From NCBI GenBank assembly GCA_964057225.1, contig CAXKVF010000082.1:62001-126000 (forward strand): a stretch of 64,000 nt of DNA, read 5' to 3'. The notes under the pieces are model-generated. The model had not been told where the DNA came from. It made no database searches and saw only the letters and a list, made by a program, of their open reading frames with translations. Below are positions 1 through 12,800 of this stretch, one piece after another (position 1 is the first letter of the stretch; each line of letters starts with the position of its first letter). A program made the translations under genes and the position numbers. The DNA comes from Auanema rhodensis (Eukaryota; Animalia; Nematoda).

Positions 1-176
1 TTCACGTAAATTTCAAAGTCATGGTTACCATGAAGCAATATCAATAAAAATTTGTTTTTAGACTAATATGGACATGGGGAATCTAATTTTGAAAACCGCA
101 TCTCTTTATCTTTCACGTGAAGCGAGTTACATACCAAGTGCACATCACGTGTACATTTAATTAGCATAAATTAAAG
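1..176. repeat. Representative 176-bp monomer (56/176 G+C, 5 CpG)
   Basis: Direct reading. Monomer positions quoted elsewhere use this phase. This copy carries the C35G variant (ATGAAGC). Confidence 0.99.
19..33. other. Dyad TCATGGT-T-ACCATGA in the monomer (15 bp with A33, 13 bp with C33)
   Basis: The arms are exact reverse complements around a single T. Confidence 0.9.
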
Positions 177-183
177 TTCACGT
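112..183. other. Palindrome and E-box cluster in the monomer: TTCACGTGAA (112-121), GTGCAC (138-143), ATCACGTG (144-151), TGTACA (150-155), TTTAATT-n6-AATTAAA (156-175), TCACGT (178-183)
   Basis: Direct reading. The motifs are certain, but protein binding is not shown. Confidence 0.85.
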
Positions 184-2640
184 AAATTTCAAAGTCATGG
201 TTACCATGAACCAATATCAATAAAAATTTGTTTTTAGACTAATATGGACATGGGGAATCTAATTTTGAAAACCGCATCTCTTTATCTTTCACGTAAAGCG
301 AGTTACATACCAAGTGCACATCACGTGTACATTTAATTAGCATAAATTAAAGTTCACGTAAATTTCAAAGTCATGGTTACCATGCACCAATATCAATAAA
401 AATTTGTTTTTAGACTAATATGGACATGGGGAATCTAATTTTGAAAACCGCATCTCTTTATCTTTCACGTGAAGCGAGTTACATACCAAGTGCACATCAC
501 GTGTACATTTAATTAGCATAAATTAAAGTTCACGTAAATTTCAAAGTCATGGTTACCATGAACCAATATCAATAAAAATTTGTTTTTAGACTAATATGGA
601 CATGGGGAATCTAATTTTGAAAACCTCATCTCTTTATCTTTCACGTGAAGCGAGTTACATACCAAGTGCACATCACGTGTACATTTAATTAGCATAAATT
701 AAAGTTCACGTAAATTTCAAAGTCATGGTTACCATGCACCAATATCAATAAAAATTTGTTTTTAGACTAATATGGACATGGGGAATCTAATTTTGAAAAC
801 CGCATCTCTTTATCTTTCACGTGAAGCGAGTTACATACCAAGTGCACATCACGTGTACATTTAATTAGCATAAATTAAAGTTCACGTAAATTTCAAAGTC
901 ATGGTTACCATGAACCAATATCAATAAAAATTTGTTTTTAGACTAATATGGACATGGGGAATCTAATTTTGAAAACCGCATCTCTTTATCTTTCACGTGA
1001 AGCGAGTTACATACCAAGTGCACATCACGTGTACATTTAATTAGCATAAATTAAAGTTCACGTAAATTTCAAAGTCATGGTTACCATGCACCAATATCAA
1101 TAAAAATTTGTTTTTAGACTAATATGGACATGGGGAATCTAATTTTGAAAACCGCATCTCTTTATCTTTCACGTGAAGCGAGTTACATACCAAGTGCACA
1201 TCACGTGTACATTTAATTAGCATAAGTTAAAGTTCACGTAAATTTCAAAGTCATGGTTACCATGAACCAATATCAATAAAAATTTGTTTTTAGACTAATA
1301 TGGACATGGGGAATCTAATTTTGAAAACCGCATCTCTTTATCTTTCACGTGAAGCGAGTTACATACCAAGTGCACATCACGTGTACATTTAATTAGCATA
1401 AATTAAAGTTCACGTAAATTTCAAAGTCATGGTTACCATGCACCAATATCAATAAAAATTTGTTTTTAGACTAATATGGACATGGGGAATCTAATTTTGA
1501 AAACCGCATCTCTTTATCTTTCACGTGAAGCGAGTTACATACCAAGTGCACATCACGTGTACATTTAATTAGCATAAATTAAAGTTCACGTAAATTTCAA
1601 AGTCATGGTTACCATGAACCAATATCAATAAAAATTTGTTTTTAGTCTAATATGGACATGGGAAATCTAATTTTGAAAACCGCATCTCTTTATCTTTCAC
1701 GTGAAGCGAGTTACATACCAAGTGCACATCACGTGTACATTTAATTAGCATAAATTAAAGTTCACGTAAATTTCAAAGTCATGGTTACCATGAAGCAATA
1801 TCAATAAAAATTTGTTTTTAGACTAATATGGACATGGGGAATCTAATTTTGAAAACCGCATCTCTTTATCTTTCACGTGAAGCGAGTTACATACCAAGTG
1901 CACATCACGTGTACATTTAATTAGCATAAATTAAAGTTCACGTAAATTTCAAAGTCATGGTTACCATGAACCAATATCAATAAAAATTTGTTTTTAGACT
2001 AATATGGACATGGAGAATCTAATTTTGAAAACCGCATCTCTTTATCTTTCACGTGAAGCGAGTTACATACCAAGTGCACATCACGTGTACATTTAATTAG
2101 CATAAATTAAAGTTCACGTAAATTTCAAAGTCATGGTTACCATGCACCAATATCAATAAAAATTTGTTTTTAGACTAATATGGACATGGGGAATCTAATT
2201 TTGAAAACCGCATCTCTTTATCTTTCACGTGAAGCGAGTTACATACCAAGTGCACATCACGTGTACATTTAATTAGCATAAATTAAAGTTCACGTAAATT
2301 TCAAAGTCATGGTTACCATGCACCAATATCAATAAAAATTTGTTTTTAGACTAATATGGACATGAAGAATCTAATTTTGAAAACCGCATCTCTTTATCTT
2401 TCACGTGAAGCGAGTTACATACCAAGTGCACATCACGTGTACATTTAATTAGCATAAATTAAAGTTCACGTAAATTTCAAAGTCATGGTTACCATGAACC
2501 AATATCAATACAAATTTGTTTTTAGACTAATATGGACATGGAGAATCTAATTTTGAAAACCGCATCTCTTTATCTTTCACGTGAAGCGAGTTACATACCA
2601 AGTGCACATCACGTGTACATTTAATTAGCATAAATTAAAG

Positions 2641-4752
2641 TTCACGTAAATTTCAAAGTCATGGTTACCATGAACCAATATCAATACAAATTTGTTTTTA
2701 GACTAATATGGACATGGGGAATCTAATTTTGAAAACCGCATCTCTTTATCTTTCACGTGAAGCGAGTTACATACCAAGTGCACATCACGTGTACATTTAA
2801 TTAGCATAAATTAAAGTTCACGTAAATTTCAAAGTCATGGTTACCATGCACCAATATCAATAAAATTTTGTTTTTAGACTAATATGGACATGGGGAATCT
2901 AATTTTGAAAACCGCATCTCTTTATCTTTCACGTGAAGCGAGTTACATACCAAGTGCACATCACGTGTACATTTAATTAGCATAAATTAAAGTTCACGTA
3001 AATTTCAAAGTTATGGTTACCATGCACCAATATCAATGAAAATTTGTTTTTAGACTAATATGGACATGGGGAATCTAATTTTGAAAACCGCATCTCTTTA
3101 TCTTTCACGTGAAGCGAGTTACATACCAAGTGCACATCACGTGTACATTTAATTAGCATAAATTAAAGTTCACGTAAATTTCAAAGTCATGGTTACCATG
3201 AACCAATATCAATAAAAATTTGTTTTTAGACTAATATGGACATGGAAAATCTAATTTTGAAAACCGCATCTCTTTATCTTTCACGTGAAGCGAGTTACAT
3301 ACCAAGTGCACATCACGTGTACATTTAATTAGCATAAATTAAAGTTCACGTAAATTTCAAAGTCATGGTTACCATGCACCAATATCAATAAAAATTTGTT
3401 TTTAGACTAATATGGACATGGGGAATCTAATTTTGAAAACCGCATCTCTTTATCTTTCACGTGAAGCGAGTTACATACCAAGTGCACATCACGTGTACAT
3501 TTAATTAGCATAAATTAAAGTTCACGTAAATTTCAAAGTCATGGTTACCATGCACCAATATCAATAAAAATTTGTTTTTAGACTAATATGGACATGAAGA
3601 ATCTAATTTTGAAAACCGCATCTCTTTATCTTTCACGTGAAGCGAGTTACATACCAAGTGCACATCACGTGTACATTTAATTAGCATAAATTAAAGTTCA
3701 CGTAAATTTCAAAGTCATGGTTACCATGAACCAATATCAATACAAATTTGTTTTTAGACTAATATGGACATGGGGAATCTAATTTTGAAAACCGCATCTC
3801 TTTATCTTTCACGTGAAGCGAGTTACATACCAAGTGCACATCACGTGTACATTTAATTAGCATAAATTAAAGTTCACGTAAATTTCAAAGTCATGGTTAC
3901 CATGCACCAATATCAATAAAATTTTGTTTTTAGACTAATATGGACATGGGGAATCTAATTTTGAAAACCGCATCTCTTTATCTTTCACGTGAAGCGAGTT
4001 ACATACCAAGTGCACATCACGTGTACATTTAATTAGCATAAATTAAAGTTCACGTAAATTTCAAAGTTATGGTTACCATGCACCAATATCAATGAAAATT
4101 TGTTTTTAGACTAATATGGACATGGGGAATCTAATTTTGAAAACCGCATCTCTTTATCTTTCACGTGAAGCGAGTTACATACCAAGTGCACATCACGTGT
4201 ACATTTAATTAGCATAAATTAAAGTTCACGTAAATTTCAAAGTCATGGTTACCATGAACCAATATCAATAAAAATTTGTTTTTAGACTAATATGGACATG
4301 GAAAATCTAATTTTGAAAACCGCATCTCTTTATCTTTCACGTGAAGCGAGTTACATACCAAGTGCACATCACGTGTACATTTAATTAGCATAAATTAAAG
4401 TTCACGTAAATTTCAAAGTCATGGTTACCATGCACCAATATCAATAAAAATTTGTTTTTAGACTAATATGGACATGGGGAATCTAATTTTGAAAACCGCA
4501 TCTCTTTATCTTTCACGTGAAGCGAGTTACATACCAAGTGCACATCACGTGTACATTTAATTAGCATAAATTAAAGTTCACGTAAATTTCAAAGTCATGG
4601 TTACCATGCACCAATATCAATAAAAATTTGTTTTTAGACTAATATGGACATGAAGAATCTAATTTTGAAAACCGCATCTCTTTATCTTTCACGTGAAGCG
4701 AGTTACATACCAAGTGCACATCACGTGTACATTTAATTAGCATAAATTAAAG
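2641..4752. repeat. 6-monomer (1056-bp) tandem duplication: 2641-3696 and 3697-4752
   Basis: The marker order TACAAA, AAAATTTT, GTTATGG+TGAAAA, GGAAAA, plain, TGAAGA occurs twice in a row here. It occurs only once in the sister block at 10561-11616. Confidence 0.9.
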
Positions 4753-7392
4753 TTCACGTAAATTTCAAAGTCATGGTTACCATGAACCAATATCAATACA
4801 AATTTGTTTTTAGACTAATATGGACATGGAGAATCTAATTTTGAAAACCGCATCTTTTTATCTTTCACGTGAAGCGAGTTACATACCAAGTGCACATCAC
4901 GTGTACATTTAATTAGCATAAATTAAAGTTCACGTAAATTTCAAAGTCATGGTTACCATGCACCAATATCAATAAAAATTTGTTCTTAGACTAATATGGA
5001 CATGAAGAATCTAATTTTGAAAACCGCATCTCTTTATCTTTCACGTGAAGCGAGTTACATACCAAGTGCACATCACGTGTACATTTAATTAGCATAAATT
5101 AAAGTTCACGTAAATTTCAAAGTCATGGTTACCATGAACCAATATCAATACAAATTTGTTTTTAGACTAATATGGACATGGGGAATCTAATTTTGAAAAC
5201 CGCATCTCTTTATCTTTCACGTGAAGCGAGTTACATACCAAGTGCACATCACGTGTACATTTAATTAGCATAAATTAAAGTTCACGTAAATTTCAAAGTC
5301 ATGGTTACCATGCACCAATATCAATAAAATTTTGTTTTTAGACTAATATGGACATGGGGAATCTAATTTTGAAAACCGCATCTCTTTATCTTTCACGTGA
5401 AGCGAGTTACATACCAAGTGCACATCACGTGTACATTTAATTAGCATAAATTAAAGTTCACGTAAATTTCAAAGTCATGGTTACCATGCACCAATATCAA
5501 TGAAAATTTGTTTTTAGACTAATATGGACATGGGGAATCTAATTTTGAAAACCGCATCTCTTTATCTTTCACGTGAAGCGAGTTACATACCAAGTGCACA
5601 TCACGTGTACATTTAATTAGCATAAATTAAAGTTCACGTAAATTTCAAAGTCATGGTTACCATGAACCAATATCAATACAAATTTGTTTTTAGACTAATA
5701 TGGACATGGAGAATCTAATTTTGAAAACCGCATCTCTTTATCTTTCACGTGAAGCGAGTTACATACCAAGTGCACATCACGTGTACATTTAATTAGCATA
5801 AATTAAAGTTCACGTAAATTTCAAAGTCATGGTTAACATGCACCAATATCAATAAAAATTTGTTTTTAGACTAATATGGACATGAAGAATCTAATTTTGA
5901 AAACCGCATCTCTTTATCTTTCACGTGAAGCGAGTTACATACCAAGTGCACATCACGTGTACATTTAATTAGCATAAATTAAAGTTCACGTAAATTTCAA
6001 AGTCATGGTTACCATGAACCAATATCAATACAAATTTGTTTTTAGACTAATATGGACATGGGGAATCTAATTTTGAAAACCGCATCTCTTTATCTTTCAC
6101 GTGAAGCGAGTTACATACCAAGTGCACATCACGTGTACATTTAATTAGCATAAATTAAAGTTCACGTAAATTTCAAAGTCATGGTTACCATGCACCAATA
6201 TCAATAAAATTTTGTTTTTAGACTAATATGGACATGGGGAATCTAATTTTGAAAACCGCATCTCTTTATCTTTCACGTGAAGCGAGTTACATACCAAGTG
6301 CACATCACGTGTACATTTAATTAGCATAAATTAAAGTTCACGTAAATTTCAAAGTCATGGTTACCATGCACCAATATCAATGAAAATTTGTTTTTAGACT
6401 AATATGGACATGGGGAATCTAATTTTGAAAACCGCATCTCTTTATCTTTCACGTGAAGCGAGTTACATACCAAGTGCACATCACGTGTACATTTAATTAG
6501 CATGAATTAAAGTTCACGTAAATTTCAAAGTCATGGTTACCATGCACCAATATCAATAAAATTTTGTTTTTAGACTAATATGGACATGGGGAATCTAATT
6601 TTGAAAACAGCATCTCTTCATCTTTCACGTGAAGCGAGTTACATACCAAGTGCAAATCACGTGTACATTTAATTAGCATAAATTAAAGTTCACGTAAATT
6701 TCAAAGTCATGGTTACCATGAACCAATATCAATACAAATTTGTTTTTAGACTAATATGGACATGGGGAATCTAATTATGAAAACCGCATCTCTTTATCTT
6801 TCACGTGAAGCGAGTTACATACCAAGTGCAAATCACGTGTACATTTAATTAGCATAAATTAAAGTTCACGTAAATTTCAAAGTCATGGTTACCATGAACC
6901 AATATCAATACAAATTTGTTTTTAGACTAATATGGACATGGGGAATCTAATTTTGAAAACAGCATCTCTTCATCTTTCACGTGAAGCGAGTTACATACCA
7001 AGTGCAAATCACGTGTACATTTAATTAGCATAAATTAAAGTTCACGTAAATTTCAAAGTCATGGTTACCATGCACCAATATCAATGAAAATTTGTTTTTA
7101 GACTAATATGGACATGGGGAATCTAATTTTGAAAACCGCATCTCTTTATCTTTCACGTGAAGCGAGTTACATACCAAGTGCACATCACGTGTACATTTAA
7201 TTAGCATGAATTAAAGTTCACGTAAATTTCAAAGTCATGGTTACCATGCACCAATATCAATAAAATTTTGTTTTTAGACTAATATGGACATGGGGAATCT
7301 AATTTTGAAAACAGCATCTCTTCATCTTTCACGTGAAGCGAGTTACATACCAAGTGCAAATCACGTGTACATTTAATTAGCATAAATTAAAG

Positions 7393-9856
7393 TTCACGTA
7401 AATTTCAAAGTCATGGTTACCATGAACCAATATCAATACAAATTTGTTTTTAGACTAATATGGACATGGGGAATCTAATTATGAAAACCGCATCTCTTTA
7501 TCTTTCACGTGAAGCGAGTTACATACCAAGTGCAAATCACGTGTACATTTAATTAGCATAAATTAAAGTTCACGTAAATTTCAAAGTCATGGTTACCATG
7601 AACCAATATCAATACAAATTTGTTTTTAGACTAATATGGACATGGGGAATCTAATTTTGAAAACCGCATCTCTTTATCTTTCACGTGAAGCGAGTTACAT
7701 ACCAAGTGCACATCACGTGTACACTTAATTAGCATAAATTAAAGTTCACGTAAATTTCAAAGTCATGGTTACCATGCACCAATATCAATAAAAATTTGTT
7801 TTTAGACTAATATGGACATGGGGAATCTAATTTTGAAAACCGCATCTCTTTATCTTTCACGTGAAGCGAGTTACATACCAAGTGCACATCACGTGTACAT
7901 TTAATTAGCATAAATTAAAGTTCACGTAAATTTCAAAGTCATGGTTACCATGAAGCAATATCAATAAAAATTTGTTTTTAGACTAATATGGACATGGGGA
8001 ATCTAATTATGAAAACCGCATCTCTTTATCTTTCACGTGAAGCGAGTTACATACCAAGTGCAAATCACGTGTACATTTAATTAGCATAAATTAAAGTTCA
8101 CGTAAATTTCAAAGTCATGGTTACCATGAACCAATATCAATACAAATTTGTTTTTAGACTAATATGGACATGGGGAATCTAATTTTGAAAACCGCATCTC
8201 TTTATCTTTCACGTGAAGCGAGTTACATACCAAGTGCACATCACGTGTACATTTAATTAGCATAAATTAAAGTTCACGTAAATTTCAAAGTCATGGTTAC
8301 CATGAACCAATATCAATAAAAATTTGTTTTTAGTCTAATATGGACATGGGAAATCTAATTTTGAAAACCGCATCTCTTTATCTTTCACGTGAAGCGAGTT
8401 ACATACCAAGTGCACATCACGTGTACATTTAATTAGCATAAATTAAAGTTCACGTAAATTTCAAAGTCATGGTTACCATGAAGCAATATCAATAAAAATT
8501 TGTTTTTAGACTAATATGGACATGGGGAATCTAATTTTGAAAACCGCATCTCTTTATCTTTCACGTGAAGCGAGTTACATACCAAGTGCACATCACGTGT
8601 ACATTTAATTAGCATAAATTAAAGTTCACGTAAATTTCAAAGTCATGGTTACCATGAACCAATATCAATACAAATTTGTTTTTAGACTAATATGGACATG
8701 GGGAATCTAATTATGAAAACCGCATCTCTTTATCTTTCACGTGAAGCGAGTTACATACCAAGTGCAAATCACGTGTACATTTAATTAGCATAAATTAAAG
8801 TTCACGTAAATTTCAAAGTCATGGTTACCATGAACCAATATCAATACAAATTTGTTTTTAGACTAATATGGACATGGGGAATCTAATTTTGAAAACCGCA
8901 TCTCTTTATCTTTCACGTGAAGCGAGTTACATACCAAGTGCACATCACGTGTACACTTAATTAGCATAAATTAAAGTTCACGTAAATTTCAAAGTCATGG
9001 TTACCATGCACCAATATCAATAAAAATTTGTTTTTAGACTAATATGGACATGGGGAATCTAATTTTGAAAACCGCATCTCTTTATCTTTCACGTGAAGCG
9101 AGTTACATACCAAGTGCACATCACGTGTACATTTAATTAGCATAAATTAAAGTTCACGTAAATTTCAAAGTCATGGTTACCATGAAGCAATATCAATAAA
9201 AATTTGTTTTTAGACTAATATGGACATGGGGAATCTAATTATGAAAACCGCATCTCTTTATCTTTCACGTGAAGCGAGTTACATACCAAGTGCAAATCAC
9301 GTGTACATTTAATTAGCATAAATTAAAGTTCACGTAAATTTCAAAGTCATGGTTACCATGAACCAATATCAATACAAATTTGTTTTTAGACTAATATGGA
9401 CATGGGGAATCTAATTTTGAAAACCGCATCTCTTTATCTTTCACGTGAAGCGAGTTACATACCAAGTGCACATCACGTGTACATTTAATTAGCATAAATT
9501 AAAGTTCACGTAAATTTCAAAGTCATGGTTACCATGAACCAATATCAATAAAAATTTGTTTTTAGTCTAATATGGACATGGGAAATCTAATTTTGAAAAC
9601 CGCATCTCTTTATCTTTCACGTGAAGCGAGTTACATACCAAGTGCACATCACGTGTACATTTAATTAGCATAAATTAAAGTTCACGTAAATTTCAAAGTC
9701 ATGGTTACCATGAAGCAATATCAATAAAAATTTGTTTTTAGACTAATATGGACATGGGGAATCTAATTTTGAAAACCGCATCTCTTTATCTTTCACGTGA
9801 AGCGAGTTACATACCAAGTGCACATCACGTGTACATTTAATTAGCATAAATTAAAG
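7393..9856. repeat. 7-monomer (1232-bp) tandem duplication: 7393-8624 and 8625-9856
   Basis: The marker order TTATGA+TGCAAA, ACACTT, plain, AAGC+TTATGA, TACAAA, TAGTCT+GGGAAA, AAGC occurs twice. Confidence 0.9.
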
Positions 9857-12800
9857 TTCACGTAAATTTCAAAGTCATGGTTACCATGAACCAATATCAA
9901 TAAAAATTTGTTTTTAGACTAATATTGACATGGAGAATCTAATTTTGAAAACCGCATCTCTTTATCTTTCACGTGAAGCGAGTTACATACCAAGTGCACA
10001 TCACGTGTACATTTAATTAGCATAAATTAAAGTTCACGTAAATTTCAAAGTCATGGTTACCATGCACCAATATCAATAAAAATTTGTTTTTAGACTAATA
10101 TGGACATGGGGAATCTAATTTTGAAAACCGCATCTCTTTATCTTTCACGTGAAGCGAGTTACATACCAAGTGCACATCACGTGTACATTTAATTAGCATA
10201 AATTAAAGTTCACGTAAATTTCAAAGTCATGGTTACCATGCACCAATATCAATAAAAATTTGTTTTTAGACTAATATGGACATGAAGAATCTAATTTTGA
10301 AAACCGCATCTCTTTATCTTTCACGTGAAGCGAGTTACATACCAAGTGCACATCACGTGTACATTTAATTAGCATAAATTAAAGTTCACGTAAATTTCAA
10401 AGTCATGGTTACCATGAACCAATATCAATACAAATTTGTTTTTAGACTAATATGGACATGGAGAATCTAATTTTGAAAACCGCATCTCTTTATCTTTCAC
10501 GTGAAGCGAGTTACATACCAAGTGCACATCACGTGTACATTTAATTAGCATAAATTAAAGTTCACGTAAATTTCAAAGTCATGGTTACCATGAACCAATA
10601 TCAATACAAATTTGTTTTTAGACTAATATGGACATGGGGAATCTAATTTTGAAAACCGCATCTCTTTATCTTTCACGTGAAGCGAGTTACATACCAAGTG
10701 CACATCACGTGTACATTTAATTAGCATAAATTAAAGTTCACGTAAATTTCAAAGTCATGGTTACCATGCACCAATATCAATAAAATTTTGTTTTTAGACT
10801 AATATGGACATGGGGAATCTAATTTTGAAAACCGCATCTCTTTATCTTTCACGTGAAGCGAGTTACATACCAAGTGCACATCACGTGTACATTTAATTAG
10901 CATAAATTAAAGTTCACGTAAATTTCAAAGTTATGGTTACCATGCACCAATATCAATGAAAATTTGTTTTTAGACTAATATGGACATGGGGAATCTAATT
11001 TTGAAAACCGCATCTCTTTATCTTTCACGTGAAGCGAGTTACATACCAAGTGCACATCACGTGTACATTTAATTAGCATAAATTAAAGTTCACGTAAATT
11101 TCAAAGTCATGGTTACCATGAACCAATATCAATAAAAATTTGTTTTTAGACTAATATGGACATGGAAAATCTAATTTTGAAAACCGCATCTCTTTATCTT
11201 TCACGTGAAGCGAGTTACATACCAAGTGCACATCACGTGTACATTTAATTAGCATAAATTAAAGTTCACGTAAATTTCAAAGTCATGGTTACCATGCACC
11301 AATATCAATAAAAATTTGTTTTTAGACTAATATGGACATGGGGAATCTAATTTTGAAAACCGCATCTCTTTATCTTTCACGTGAAGCGAGTTACATACCA
11401 AGTGCACATCACGTGTACATTTAATTAGCATAAATTAAAGTTCACGTAAATTTCAAAGTCATGGTTACCATGCACCAATATCAATAAAAATTTGTTTTTA
11501 GACTAATATGGACATGAAGAATCTAATTTTGAAAACCGCATCTCTTTATCTTTCACGTGAAGCGAGTTACATACCAAGTGCACATCACGTGTACATTTAA
11601 TTAGCATAAATTAAAGTTCACGTAAATTTCAAAGTCATGGTTACCATGAACCAATATCAATACAAATTTGTTTTTAGACTAATATGGACATGGAGAATCT
11701 AATTTTGAAAACCGCATCTCTTTATCTTTCACGTGAAGCGAGTTACATACCAAGTGCACATCACGTGTACATTTAATTAGCATAAATTAAAGTTCACGTA
11801 AATTTCAAAGTCATGGTTACCATGCACCAATATCAATAAAAATTTGTTCTTAGACTAATATGGACATGAAGAATCTAATTTTGAAAACCGCATCTCTTTA
11901 TCTTTCACGTGAAGCGAGTTACATACCAAGTGCACATCACGTGTACATTTAATTAGCATAAATTAAAGTTCACGTAAATTTCAAAGTCATGGTTACCATG
12001 AACCAATATCAATACAAATTTGTTTTTAGACTAATATGGACATGGGGAATCTAATTTTGAAAACCGCATCTCTTTATCTTTCACGTGAAGCGAGTTACAT
12101 ACCAAGTGCACATCACGTGTACATTTAATTAGCATAAATTAAAGTTCACGTAAATTTCAAAGTCATGGTTACCATGCACCAATATCAATAAAATTTTGTT
12201 TTTAGACTAATATGGACATGGGGAATCTAATTTTGAAAACCGCATCTCTTTATCTTTCACGTGAAGCGAGTTACATACCAAGTGCACATCACGTGTACAT
12301 TTAATTAGCATAAATTAAAGTTCACGTAAATTTCAAAGTCATGGTTACCATGCACCAATATCAATGAAAATTTGTTTTTAGACTAATATGGACATGGGGA
12401 ATCTAATTTTGAAAACCGCATCTCTTTATCTTTCACGTGAAGCGAGTTACATACCAAGTGCACATCACGTGTACATTTAATTAGCATAAATTAAAGTTCA
12501 CGTAAATTTCAAAGTCATGGTTACCATGAACCAATATCAATACAAATTTGTTTTTAGACTAATATGGACATGGAGAATCTAATTTTGAAAACCGCATCTC
12601 TTTATCTTTCACGTGAAGCGAGTTACATACCAAGTGCACATCACGTGTACATTTAATTAGCATAAATTAAAGTTCACGTAAATTTCAAAGTCATGGTTAA
12701 CATGCACCAATATCAATAAAAATTTGTTTTTAGACTAATATGGACATGAAGAATCTAATTTTGAAAACCGCATCTCTTTATCTTTCACGTGAAGCGAGTT

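Noticed and set aside
20-36. RFX X-box-like GTTACCATGAAC
   Set aside because: Only one good half-site. The second half lacks the RGYAAC form, and about half of the monomers read GCAC.
91-130. CENP-B box
   Set aside because: No match to the TTCG-N4-A-N2-CGGG core on either strand of the consensus. The CGGG in the rare GCGGGT variant has no upstream TTCG.
1-176. Identity with named satellites of similar length (Brassica CentBr, Arabidopsis CEN178, alpha satellite, honeybee AluI repeat)
   Set aside because: Only the length is similar. The consensus has no AAGCTT or AGCT site and does not resemble the plant or primate sequences as I recall them. A BLAST search is needed to settle this.
1-176. 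Tandem 5S rRNA, tRNA, snRNA or spliced-leader gene array
   Set aside because: No recognisable conserved RNA sequence, cloverleaf or Pol III A/B/C boxes, and GC content is low.
144-260. Budding-yeast point centromere (CDEI-CDEII-CDEIII)
   Set aside because: ATCACGTG matches CDEI, but no >90% AT CDEII or convincing CDEIII follows, and point centromeres are not tandem arrays.
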